The notes beneath the pieces were generated by a model, which searched no databases, was not told the DNA's origin, and saw only the letters and a list, made by a program, of their open reading frames with translations. Positions 37,180 to 50,100 of a stretch of 64,000 nt of DNA are shown one piece after another; the stretch's first letter is position 1, and every line of letters begins with the position of its first letter. Made by a program: the position numbers and the translations under genes. The stretch is from the NCBI GenBank assembly GCA_051362555.1, contig CM120642.1:15686001-15750000 (forward strand), written 5' to 3'. This DNA is from Lingula anatina (lineage: Eukaryota; Animalia; Brachiopoda).

Positions 37180-37591
37180 TATACAATTATCGACTTTGGT
37201 AAAGGTCAATATGCCGGTATTGTTTTGCTGACCTCAGAAAAGTGATATCGACCGATTACTTCTGAGGTCAGCAAATAACATATTGATCTCGACCAAAGTT
37301 GATAATTGCTTTATTATATAAAGCAATTATTGCTTTATTATTATATTGATGCCATGCGTTTATCCCAAGACCAGACATGTAGACTATATCATGCAAATTG
37401 AAAACAACTAAATATTTCATTAATATCACAACAATGATATGACCCGACTTTCCGTCGACGTTCTTTGTCGTCACGATTGTGTGGCTGGTTGCAACATTAG
37501 ATAACAATGGGGTAGGGGACTCGGTCGATATTAATTTTCTGGGACCAGAAAAGAACATATATTGTCAGCGGCCAAAGTCGATAATTGTATA
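37180..37591. mobile_element. MITE with TIRs and internal hairpin
   Basis: TATACAATTATCGACTTTGG ... CCAAAGTCGATAATTGTATA, a perfect 20 bp inverted repeat with TA ends; internal hairpin TTGCTGACCTCAGAA..TTCTGAGGTCAGCAA. Confidence 0.8.
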
Positions 37592-40500
37592 TTGACAACA
37601 AACAAATGGTTGCGCGCAGGAAGATGTAAAGAATAAGGCTCGATAACTCGACAGCATCTCAAATTTCGACCTCATGAAAGCATAGCGATCGATAGCTATT
37701 TTTGATGGTGATTACACCACCATTTAACTCGAAGCCTTAGGAAACGCAACGTAATGATTGCTTCTTCAATTCAATTCAATTTATTAAACCTTTAAGCCCT
37801 ACGGCTCATCAGAATATAAAACAGTGACAATATAAAGTTATATCTAATCAACTACCATGACTACATGACTCTTCAGAAGTACAATTATAGCCTTAAACTC
37901 ACAGAAGTTGGGTCGCCGCATGAAGTGAAGACGTCATAGCACAATTACACATAATCCAATTTGGTTTGATTACAAGTATGTGGCTAATCAAGAATTTGCT
38001 TTAATTTATAGGAACATCACAATTACAAATACTGATACTTGAAGTGTTTGAAACCAGTAAAATGTCAATAAGCGAAGGGCACGAGCTAATATGTCGGGTC
38101 ATCCCTTTCTGAAGAATTTTCAATATATTTCAAACGACTATTATGTCTAGATTGGCATTTTATTGACGCTAAAAACGGGACTGGAATACGTCGATATGGG
38201 TTATACATGGCCCATACATGTACGTCAATTCCGGAAAGTTCTGTAAAACGTTACAAGAGTTTGTAAGTCCAAGACTTACAATACTTTCGAGAATACAGCC
38301 CTAGTCCAAGTTACAAATCCATGTAAATTGTTCCAAATTGTTGTAAGTAATAATGTTTCCAAAATAAAGCCCCTGTAGTCCAATGACAGCACTTTGACTT
38401 CTTCGGCGAGGACGATAACGTGTTCGTTCATTCGACCTATGAAAGCTGATTAACATGTATTTGCACAGCCATACAATATCAAGTATATTGACTTTGAAAA
38501 TCCGTTGTTATTTGTATCTATCTTTTTTGTTGTTGTGTGTGTGTCATTATTACTTTTTCAAAATCTAATCTTCTTTTCGTGGTGGAGGCTTATTGTGCCT
38601 CCTCCTAAAACAGACTATAATCCAAACCTAACCGTCCGCACTGAAAGTAGGTGACCTCTTCATCGTTATGTAAATCAGGTGAGCGTTTTGGTGAGAGGTG
38701 CTCAGATAGGATCAAGGTCAGTAGAATGGGGAGAAGGACGTCTCATGCCATATTGCTGCTACTGCCAAGTGCAGGCGGAAAATATAGCACTGAAACCGGC
38801 AGAAGTATCTCGTAAGTTCCGTGCAAATAACAGAAAATGTATTGTAGGATTTCGTAGTTTTGCATTGACGATAATTTTCCCGAAAAGTTGCACTCTAGGC
38901 ATAATGACAATGGGGACATCTAACTGACGTGAAGGATACTTTCTCTTAGCTTTCCCTCATTGTCTTTTGGGCACCCTTTGGTTTCTGATTCCATTGTTTA
39001 ATTTTTAAGTTTAATTGCGATTAGTTAAAGATATTGTCACCCTTCGCCCAAAATTCTTATTTACTGCCTTAGATACCTTCTTTGGGGTAATAAATACATC
39101 TTTAGTGTTCAGTGACTAAATTGATTAGTATTAACACGTCATATAGGGACTTGGGGGTAAATACGGAAAAATCTGCCTCCCAACATTCTCTTTTACCTGA
39201 GTACCCACGATCACCGTTTCAGTGGCTATTTATGACATCATAAGGTACTCCCAAATCCTGCCACCGATTTTCCGTAAAAGTCGTAGTGAAGATTTTCGAG
39301 GGTCTTTTTTCGTTGTTTTCATTCAGCACAAAGATAGATGCATTATTAAATAATAAGATGCAGGAAAAAAGTCATTTTCGGTATCTGGATGATAATAAAG
39401 GGTTACAATGTCCTTAATAATTATAACGCTAAGGATACTGACATTGTTTCATGTATGTGAATTTATTCCTTTGATTTCAGTAACTGTAAGTGCCGTTTAA
39501 GAAGATATCAGAAGCCTCCTACTCAGAGACACGTTTCGTGTTCGACATATACAGCCCCACACCTATGTCAAGATTTCTTCCAATGCCGACGTTTGTCTGC
39601 TCTTCAATTGGCAGGGACGACATTTAGTAGTTATGTTAGTTTTTGGTTGTAACATTCTGCTCCAAAACGTATATCAAATTAAGAGTTGAATGAAATGAGC
39701 TTTTTTTATCTATGAAACTTCTCATGGAAATTAAAACCATACTTAGCGTCCGCCCTGCATGTTGCTGGTTTGCTTCTTTTGGTAATTGTATGTTATCATG
39801 TCACGTTAGATTTGAACCTCTCAATTTACAGAAATAATATATGTGTAAAAATGATAAAGCGAATGTTTTAAAATTACCATTTATTTATTTTTAAGAAGAG
39901 AAATATTTTCTATTTGTCAGTGAAAATATGTGTGTGGGTAAATCTGCAACTTGATTCCTCGCTGTGAACTTGAAGATGTACTTATTCATTTTAAATGATG
40001 TTGACTCCCGGGAAGGAAAGACATTGCAACTCTATTATGTAACTTGCATATAGAAAACTTTTGATTACATTTATCGTGTGTTCAGTCGAAAAAGAGGAAG
40101 AGATGTAAATCTACACTAGAAAATGTAAATAAAACGTATGAAACCTTTATGTATTACGTCATGCAACGGGCAAAATGTGCCCCTGTTACTGCAGAATTGC
40201 CCAACATGTACTGTAACGATATTTTAACAATCATGTATATGGCACTGTGGCTGTGAATAAACTTCCTCTGGTTCTAGGTGTTTTCATTGCTGGGCGGGAA
40301 TCGAATATATGTTATCTGTAAAAGATTTAAACCACGGGGAGGGGTAATTTAATATTGCAGTACTAGTAGTAAAATGTAGATTTTTCTTGCGTATATGATA
40401 GATGGCTACAAAGATTTCTCAGGATTGGGATCATTTATATGCCGTAAAGGACTTACATTACAAAACAGAAATGTCAAGAAATAGCATCCATTGTTATTCG

Positions 40501-41445
40501 TGCTTGGTGTCATCAGTGAACACCGAGAACCAGAGTTGATTTTAAGTAAATGTGAAATATAGATTCAAGTACGCTGATTTTTGCGTAACCTTTTCAGTTT
40601 TGAATTTGGCAAAGACTTGGATAATCTTGTAAGCCTCCCTTGTCTTTGTCTCCCCCGATTCCCATGCTTTGTAAATGTAAATTTTCATCCACAATTACTC
40701 ACTGTATGATATGTATTTTCTGAAATGAAAAATATCGATTGGCAAAACATCCAGGAATCTTACTGACGTGAAGACATTTTGGGCACTGTTCGCTTTGGAG
40801 TGCAAACATCATCAAGACGACATAGTACAAGGTGTGCTTACATGCGCGTTTGCTTACAGCAGATTATATATATTTTTTTGAAATTGTTACAACCTCTGAA
40901 TTTGGACGGAAATGTTTTTGATGGAATTCGATGAAACAAGACACTTATGTTAACTTCGACAAAATGTCGCCAAATAGTTTTTGTTGAAAATTAATTTTGT
41001 CTATTATCAGTTCTTGAGAGTCTTTTAAATGTTACAATCCTGAACTATTTTTCGTAAATCAAAGGTTTCCGTCTTTTAGTAACAATGATCAAAATGCATA
41101 AAATTTTCGACTTGTTTTAATTTTTAAGACGCATTGTCTTCTGTTTGTATGATTTAAAATATTCATTTAGAGTGCAAAATGTGATATTTTCATTTTTGTA
41201 TAAAATTAATGCTGTAAATAATTCATTTTGAGAAAAATAAATTTGCAAATATTTTACTTTGTTCAAAGCTTGCAAAATTATTTTCATTTTCCCTAACTCA
41301 GCTCGAACCCTCCTTCCCCTGTTTACTGTACTGTCGTCTAACCTATGGCGCCACATCCTCGACTTATTATGCATTGGTCGCAGGACACTCTTGTCGCGGT
41401 TTAAATTACTTATTTTGATTATTTTTGCAAAAGGTTATTTGCTGG

Positions 41446-41524
41446 GACCTAGATGCCCCAGGTTTCGAACCCAAGACTTGCTGGGTCAGAGTCGCGCGTG
41501 CTATCCACTCCTCCACGTGTCCCC
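41446..41524 (-). pseudogene. tRNA-Gln-like pseudogene or SINE head
   Basis: Minus strand GGGGACACGTGGAGGAGTGGATAGCACGCGCGACTCTGACCCAGCAAGTCTTGGGTTCGAAACCTGGGGC: A-box, B-box (GGTTCGAAACC) and GACTCTGA as in the tRNA-Gln(CTG) anticodon loop; stems pair poorly. Confidence 0.5.
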
Positions 41525-44500
41525 ACCACCCCCCACTGGTAGACTTTTCTTTTATAGTAACTAAAGGGAATTTTTGAAAAGAAATTTGTCATATTCCAAG
41601 TACCCGAATCGACCTCTACCCTTAGAGTTCCATCGATTAAAAAAAAACGCTAACACCATTTTGCATATAATTGTTGAATATTTTATTTGGAGCAAAATAA
41701 ACTACCATTGATGTATTCTCACATTTAAGAAAGATTTTTTTAAAATATTCTAAGTTATTCCAAGTTTTGAATAACCAGATCTAAATCAAAAATATTGAAA
41801 TATCTACATAAAGACTCGCTTAAGTTTGACTTGATAAATAAAATATCTAATGATCTACTTGGCAAATGTTTGTTCCCAGATAAAAATGACAATCAGAATT
41901 TTCAATTTCATCTTAAACAAAAACAACGGCAGATATGTAGCTGTCTCACCCCAAACCATCCCCGTAAAAAATTAAAGAAACTCTGATATGATAAACTACT
42001 ATTTTAAAAGTCACAAAAAATCCAAATTGCCATGAATTTCAAAATGTGACACCCTTTCCAAGAAAAGTTTCTGCCATTGTTTTTGTTTCATTGCAATCAT
42101 AAGGTGGTGTAAATTAATTTCACAATTAATACGACATAAAATTCCGACAGTTGGAACTTGGAAGAAAAAAAAAATTCTTAATGTTTTGCAAGAAATGATC
42201 ACAAGCAGTTTGTGAAATAAATTTCAAAATTTAACAGCAACCAATACGTTCAAGTACTCTACAAGATATACACTTCAACGGGGAATGCAAAAATAATCCC
42301 CTAGAGACATGATGGGGAAAAAAATTCATTTAATTGCAGCATGTGTAATTATCAAACCTAGGCAAAATGGAGGGACAAATCATGGTGTTACTTATAACTC
42401 CTTGCATTTATATTTAAAGTCGAAATTTTGTAACAAACGTTTTGTAACTTTCTGAACATGAATAATGTTCTCATAAAAAAAAAAACATCATTCCTGCGTC
42501 TGCTGCTCGATATACCAATACTGAAGATGCTGCTAAGATAGAGTTGTTCAGCAGCAGAGTTTTGAAAATAGGACACTGGATAACATAACTGTTCCATTCA
42601 TCTTTATGCAAATTAATGTCACAAATGCATGCCAAGTCATAATAATCAAATAAAAGAAAAATATTACACATACTAGTCACCTTCACTTTAGAAAATTGAT
42701 AATATCAAGATTACAATACAGATGAGCAAATTAAGACAACAAAAAACCGTTTAAAATATTCACGATTGTTTAATGCACAGTCTAATCGGTAGACTTGGAT
42801 TAGCCAAATCAATTTTCAACTACGTGTAATTAACGCAAATTGGGTCTTAAATATGTGGACTTTATATACTCCATTACCGAGACAAAATGATCGAGTGTGG
42901 TTTGTAACAAGACGGCAAGTTTCCAAGCTTCAAAAGGTGATACAGATACGAGTTTAAAGCAACTAGATTTTGAGCCACCCTCGCTATGGAGATAAAGACT
43001 TGTGAATTTCACACGTGGCGATAGTATAATAGAAATTTGGAATCCCAAACGGGGTTTTCAGATCATAGTTTTCGAAACGGGTTTGGGACAAAGACTTAAA
43101 GCCAAGGGAAAATTGCTGAAATTTCCAGATTTTTTTTTTTGCTTTGCATTGCATGCCTTCAAAATTAAGTGTTTGATTCCAGGAACTCGTAAAAAATATT
43201 GTAAATGCCAAGTTCCGAGTGACGAGTGAAATGCCCGCTATTTAAAAAATAAAAAAATCTGAAATTTTAAAAACGTTTGATAGAATTTTGCCAACTAAGC
43301 ATTAAACTATTAAAATGGATTGGATTCATCATGTATTATTTATAAGATCAATAACGTAAGACTGCTTCAGAATGATTTATTTCTCTTCAAAGAATTTTAA
43401 AGGACTCGAAAAAGTAACATAAACGTGCGAAATTAAGTGAAAGGGGTTTTCAAGATGCTTTTTTTCTGTTGATGAAAAGGTCAAACTGAGCTTCAATTTT
43501 TCTGGGCTAGAAAAATAAGTTTTCCGTCTTTTTAGCACTACATTTGCAGTGAAATAAACATTAAGCAAAACTTGCTGCCTTGCTGAATAATACCGCACGT
43601 AGTTTCACAAACGTCACTAAGGCAAACTCAGACTTTAAATTGTAGTAAAACATGTTTAAAGGCATAAGGGGCGGTTTTATTCTTTGGCGAAATAAAACAA
43701 GTCTTGTTATTAATGACTAGACAATGTTAAATATGCTTCGTTTTGTCTTTTTGCAAATGGCTTTAAATTAGGGAGGTAAAAATCATGATAAATTGCTTTG
43801 GACAGAGCGTTTTGATTAGGCTAGGTGATATTAACATCAGTCATACGTGAGAAATATCAAATTTACCTTCAAACATTACTTGCAAATGACGCTAGCAATT
43901 TGCCCCCTATGCCTTGAAAATGGCTGCTTTCGTGATCAGCAACGCAGAAAGCAGAGCAACTATAAATCTCTTACTTCAGTGTATCGAAATATTACATATT
44001 ATGGTACTATTTCACAAAATTCATGCCAAAATTCGAAATGGAAGTATATCACTAAACCTTTATCCTTTTCTTAAAATTTCAATTGTGAATATTTTGTAGT
44101 ACATAATTATGATACAAACTTATAAAGGAACACTTAATTTTAAAATCAAAATTTTTAAGAGCCACTCAACAAACTTTTCCCCAACTTGGCTATTTCGCAT
44201 GTAAAACTTTACTGTCACCTCTGATTCTACCGATGTATTTTAAAATTCTTGTAGTTAAAACATGAGGCACAACCGCAATTTTTACTGTCATGAGGTACGT
44301 GATGAAATAAAGGAGACATGGAGGACACAAAATGTCACGAGGGGAAAATATTGATCGATGGCAAAACCCAAGGTAGAATAACATCAAACCTGTTGCATCA
44401 AAGATAAATTTCGACAAATACCTAAACATATTGTCTTACAACGTTTCGTTGAATCTGTTAAACCTAAAATATCCATATACTTGGTATCCTGACCGCCTAG

Positions 44501-46099
44501 CATCCACACCCTGGTCACTTAGAACTGAAGAAGAAGTGACATCTCTTCCAAGGGTTTAGGTTTCAAATGGCCCATCGGGGTAGGAGACAGGAAGGGCTAG
44601 GTGACCATCCTTTTTATTTATCAATGACCATAATTTGACAGACAAAATTTGATAAGCTATGTACTTAAATAGAAATGCACAACAAGCTTTGGTTTCCCAC
44701 ATATTAAAAACACTACATTAAATTAATTAAATAAACCTTCATACCCTTGCACACCCCCAAAGTAAAATGGCATTATGTAGGTCACTGGCTTCCCTTATAT
44801 GGTATACTGTATGCTGCAATCTGAGCAGTTTTTGCCAGGTTTGACAAATCAAACCGTACTAAAGCGCCATCTACAGGGGAACAGCAATGATCTTCTCTGC
44901 TGCAATCGGTAGCATGACAGATAGTGTGTGTGTGTTTTATCTTCAGCACCACAAAAATAATGAAATTCGAACTGGCATACATACAAATAAGGTAATAGAT
45001 TAATAAATTAATAAGAATAACACCAACAAAAATACGTTATCTTAGATACAGTTTCAAATACGAGCATAATCTCTGCTTACGATCTGCTGTCATTTTTTAT
45101 CTCTTATCATATGTATTCAAAAACTGTGTAAAACGCCATGAAAACACTACATCAGTCTGCCATAATTTAAAAATGCAATGTTTAAAAAAAATAAACCCAT
45201 TTTAGAATAGAACTGAATAGACGGAAAGTAAATAGATAAACTATCAAAAAACAAAATTCCTTCTGATTACATGAACATAATCAATGTTTGTCTGTCTACT
45301 CGAGACGTATACAACATAGGTCTAATATACTCCTAATCTTTGTCTGCGCCTGGGTCATTTTTCTTATATCATTATGTAAGTGCTAATCACTGTGACAGTG
45401 TCTTAATTCAGTTATGTTCAATAATGCAAACTGTCTAAAACATCTTTTAATATTTTGGCTATCCTTATCGATGATCGATCACTTTTTGTGATAGAGTTTT
45501 GCGCATAACAATATGTCGTACAAGTATTATTTTGCCAAGCCCGCATGCATATTTGTGGTTGCGTTTCACAACTATGACAATGGTGGCTGCTTTCATATTT
45601 GATTTTTATGAATGTTTAGATCTAAGTCTGCAAATAATTGTCCCCAACTAATCTACAAAGATATAATACCAGTGACTTGGTGATATGTATTTAAAAAAAT
45701 GGGTAACAATTATATAGGGCCTACTGGAAAACAGCAATATAAGAACAACCTACCCAGGCTGCTCTTATATTCGTGCGTCAGTTTTCCAAAGTAAATTTAA
45801 CAGACAGATGCTCCCAGCTATGTTAAAATTTCTCTTGGGATAAAGGCATAAAAAATTCATAATTTTAGATACACTGTGGGGTCTGCTTTGTTCGAATGCA
45901 TTAGTTGGGTCAATACACATCCAGCAATGTGGCAGGTGTTGCGAGGTTAAATGAAGTACTGCGCAGAATCCAATATACTTATTTATTTTTCATGCAAAAC
46001 GAAAGTAGGTTATCAGTTCAACTGAGACAAAACACCTGCCCCTAAAACTAGAATTTCCTCACTGACTGTAAAGTCTAAGCCGTTTGCCGTGGAGTAATA

Positions 46100-47143
46100 A
46101 TGTCAAGGGGAGGGGCAGCACCAGCAGCTGGCGGAGGTGGAGGATCCGCTTTTCAGAGTGGCATGAACACTTTCACAAGTTGTAACAAAGCGGGATCAAT
46201 TCCTCATTTCAACAGGCACCTTGCAAAACACCCGAATGACTTCAATGCTTTGTGGTATCGTGGTACAGCCCACGCCATCATTGGACAGTCTGCAGAGGCG
46301 TTGAGGGATTTCAGGCAGGCAGAACGCGTGAGTTCCGGCGCAGAAAAAGAGGCCGTGGCGGCTTTATTACAGGGACTGCAGGGCAATGAAACAAATGGCC
46401 GTCAAATTCTACAAAGAGCAGTGCAAAGGTACCCTGATAGTGGCCTTCTCTGGCAGGAGTATGGGGACCACATGTGGAGAGAAAAAAACTCTTCTGAAGC
46501 CAAAAGAGCCCATCAAAACGTCATTGCACTCAACTACCCATTCGCATATTATTCCCATTGTCAAATGGGAGAAATATACCTAAGAGAGGGCAATAAGCAA
46601 GATGCAGCGCGCCAATTTGAAACGGCCATTACAAAGTGTCCTACTCTCACGATTGCCCACCTGAATTTGGGAGAGGTGTTGGAAGAGGAAGGCAAGACGC
46701 AGGCTGCCTCCCGTCATTTTGAGCGGGCAAAAACGTTAAATTCAGTTTTATTTGAAAACTGGGAAAAGGGGCGCCGCGGAAATGCAAGTTATTCGGGACG
46801 TGGGAGAGGTGGAGCAGGAGGTGGGAGAGGGGGTGGAGGCAATGACAATGGCAGTGGAAGTGATGATGATGATGATTTTGACCCCAAGGCTGAAAGCGAT
46901 CCGACATGGAATTACAAATATAATGGAGAAAAAATCTACAAAATCGACGACCAATGTTACATGAGAGATAAGGCCGGCCACGGTGATTCGTATTGGAAAG
47001 TGTTTAAACACTACAAAAGCAAGCTCGTGTTATCCCACGCCGTGAAAAAGAATGGAAAGCGCATCAACAAGCACGAGTCCAACGAAGGGCTAACCATCTG
47101 GAAGAATGACCTTGTTGGGTACACCCGGAAGAATAGACCTTAA
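46100..47143 (+). CDS. TPR-repeat protein with C-terminal polymorphic-toxin-like (Ntox35-like) putative RNase domain, paralog B (347 aa)
   Basis: Intronless ORF collinear with paralogs A and C; C-terminus MRDKAGHGDSYWKVFKHYKSKLVLSHAVKKNGKRINKHESNEGLTIWKNDL. Confidence 0.87.
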   Translation: MSRGGAAPAAGGGGGSAFQSGMNTFTSCNKAGSIPHFNRHLAKHPNDFNALWYRGTAHAIIGQSAEALRDFRQAERVSSGAEKEAVAALLQGLQGNETNGRQILQRAVQRYPDSGLLWQEYGDHMWREKNSSEAKRAHQNVIALNYPFAYYSHCQMGEIYLREGNKQDAARQFETAITKCPTLTIAHLNLGEVLEEEGKTQAASRHFERAKTLNSVLFENWEKGRRGNASYSGRGRGGAGGGRGGGGNDNGSGSDDDDDFDPKAESDPTWNYKYNGEKIYKIDDQCYMRDKAGHGDSYWKVFKHYKSKLVLSHAVKKNGKRINKHESNEGLTIWKNDLVGYTRKNRP

Positions 47144-50100
47144 ATGACTCGTACACCATCCACGGGTCCCAATCAGCGTCTTTGCATGAAGTTCAAATAT
47201 TTTTGACTTTCAAATTTAATCAGTGAAGGGATGGTTTTGGACAGATCGTAGTAACGACTCATTTGACCATAACAACCAGGTTCTTGATGGACAAGTTATA
47301 GTTCAAGGTGACCCGTGAGTGAAGCGGAACACGTAGTAAACACGTGACATTATAATGCTATGAACGTGATTAATCGGACTGCTCTTTTATCAATGTAGGA
47401 CAAATACCTTTTTCGTGCATTCATGCCTGCATAGTTTTTTAGTTGCCATGTATTTTACTAAACTGATCAAATTGCTTGGCAAAAAATGTTTCTTCCAAAT
47501 TCATGATTTGTAGCCTTCTTCTAATAATTTTAATGCTTGCCGGTGATAAACTGATAACGCTCGAGATAGCTCTGGAGTATAAGGAAACATGGACATTAAT
47601 TTGTAAAATGTGTTGTTATGTTTGTGTGGTAGCTGAACTTCAGTTTACACTAACATATCTGTATATCAATGTAGTATTAATTTAACTGAATGAACCGTTG
47701 CCCAAAATGCATATCGTATTACAAGTAGGTAGTCTCGTTATAATGTGGACTTTTGGACAATTTTCTTTGAAATGGCCACCCACAGGATTTCAAGATCATT
47801 TGTAAACGCATTTTATTATGGCCTTTTTGGGTCAAAAAGTGTCAACTTCAGTTATATAAGCTTGACATCTTGCAAACTGGTGCTTGTAGGTGCATTTGAA
47901 TTTTTTGTGAGGTTTTTTTTTCTTTTTATTTAAATAAAGTTGTGACTGGCGCTATCAATTTTATAAATGTATGTAACACCATGCATCTGTTGAGCTGTTA
48001 TTCCATGCCAACCAGTATTGATATTGCTACCTTGTGTTTAATGAAAACGAAAGAAACGAAAAAAAAACATTTCCCCTTTCGACAATATATAGAATTATAT
48101 GTACAAAAAACGTTATTATAGGGGGCGACACTCGGACATCGTGCAGCTTTTATGTTGAGACTTGTTACATATAATTTGACATTGCGCAACATTGCTTTTT
48201 GTTTCTCAGACTTTTCAAGCAATCTTAAAAATGGCGATTAAATGTAGTCTTAGCCCATATTTTTGTCATTCTTTGCTTTGTCAGTGAACTTGAGCTTTAA
48301 ACCCATACCAAGAAACGTTCAGGTATGAAATAGAGATGAAAAAAAAATCGGTAAAAATCAACATGACATCAAATTATATTCAGTACTTCGTTTGTTAGTA
48401 ACGATGTACATTTATATGCAATTGCAACAAAATGTACGCTATTTTAATACTTATGCTATTGCTTTGGTTTTTGCGAACTCACCCTTTCACGAGCGTTAAG
48501 CAAAATTGGAACAAAGCGTTTTCAAAAATTACCTGCCTTGACAGCTCTGATGTGCGAACGTCAAGCTTTGTTATTATTTAAAGTAACTGACAGTCTTGCA
48601 GTCTATATTATTTTCTCCAAGGTTAAGAAAAGCATCACTGTTTGATACACTGGGGTCTGCTTTGTTCGATTGCGTGAGTTGAGACATATAAACCCACCAT
48701 TATGTTTTAGTGGATGGCCAGGTAGTCACGCTCGGTTGTTACCTTCATTGGCTAAAAATTATTGTCGTAAAATCGCTATGATTTTAAAGTATCGTGCATA
48801 AAATAAAACCCACATAAAACTACCTAAGACTGTCATACTATAAATAGTTGTTGAGGTTGCTTATCGTATTACCAGTTTACTTTGCAGAATAAAGTCCTAC
48901 GTAAAATGAACTGCTGAAAAATTTAGATCAAATTTGTCGCGCATCTTTTCAAGAAATAAGCTGAAACATGTCATATTATATTTTCAATATCGTTTGCCAG
49001 CAAATAATATACTATATCATCTCTATAATTGGAAGATCATTTATGCCAAGAAGAAAAAGAAATAACAACAACAAACAACAATAAAAACAACAATAAACGT
49101 CAACTTTATTAGGAGTAATATTTCACATTCTTTCTTCAACAGAAATCAATTATAATCATTTAAAGACCTCAGTAAATAAGTTAATCTTCAATGATGCCCG
49201 TTGTGTTTGTCCAACCAACGATTATCAAATAGCATAATTCAAACAATGCAAGCCATTGCAGAAATGATATAATTTTGACATTTTTTAATTTTATTTCTTA
49301 TCATCTGAGACATACCTTTGCACTGGGTCTTCAAAAGGAAGCACAAAACTGCTGAGTCATAATATTCGGTATTCAGTATAATGGTTTATATGCCCAGTCA
49401 CGAAATATCAAGTATGTTGACTTTGAAAATGCGTATTTACTTTTATTTATTTATTTTGTTGTGTGTGTGTCATTATAACTTTATCAAACCCTAATCATCT
49501 TTCGCTGAGATGCAAACTTATTGTGCCTTCTCAAAGAACAGACAAAAATTCAAACCGAAGCGTCCACGCGGAAAGTAGGTGACCTAGTCATCATTATGTA
49601 AATCAGGTAAGAGTTTTGTTGAGCGGTGCTCAGATAGGACCAAGGTCAGCAGAAGATGGAGAAGAAGGATGTCCCATGCCACATAACTTCTACTGCCACA
49701 TGTAGGCAGAAAAGATGGCACTGAAACCGACAGCAGTTTCTCGTAAGTTCCGTACAGATTAGAAAATGTATTGAAGGATTTCGTAGTTTTGCCTTGACGA
49801 TAATTTCCCAAAATGGTGCACTCTAGGCATAATGATGACCATGGGGACATCTAACTAACGTGAAGGATACTTTCTCTTAGCTTTCCCTTAGTGCCTTTTG
49901 GGCAACCTTTTGTTTCTGATGCCATTAGCGATCCACGAGGGCTCAATATGAATATATTTGTATAATCTTAAAGTTTAATTGCGATTAGTTAAGGATATTG
50001 TAACCCTTCACTCAAGACTTCTTGTTTGCTATCTTAGATACATTCTTTTGGGTAATAAATAAATCTTCAGTGTTCAGTGACTAAATTCTTTACCATTTAC

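Larger units (their letters stand above)
38470..49210 (+). repeat. Tandem segmental duplication, unit 1 (contains paralog B)
   Basis: Collinear high similarity to ~49400-59415, from AATATCAAGTAT.TTGACTTTGAAAAT through TAAATAAGTT..TGCCCGTTGTG, with several 0.1-0.5 kb indels. Confidence 0.9.

Noticed and set aside
41117-44429. Many 60-130 aa ORFs repeated in both duplication units (for example 41259-41564 and 52213-52521)
   Set aside because: Low-complexity AT-rich translations with frameshifts between copies; the similarity reflects DNA duplication, not protein conservation.
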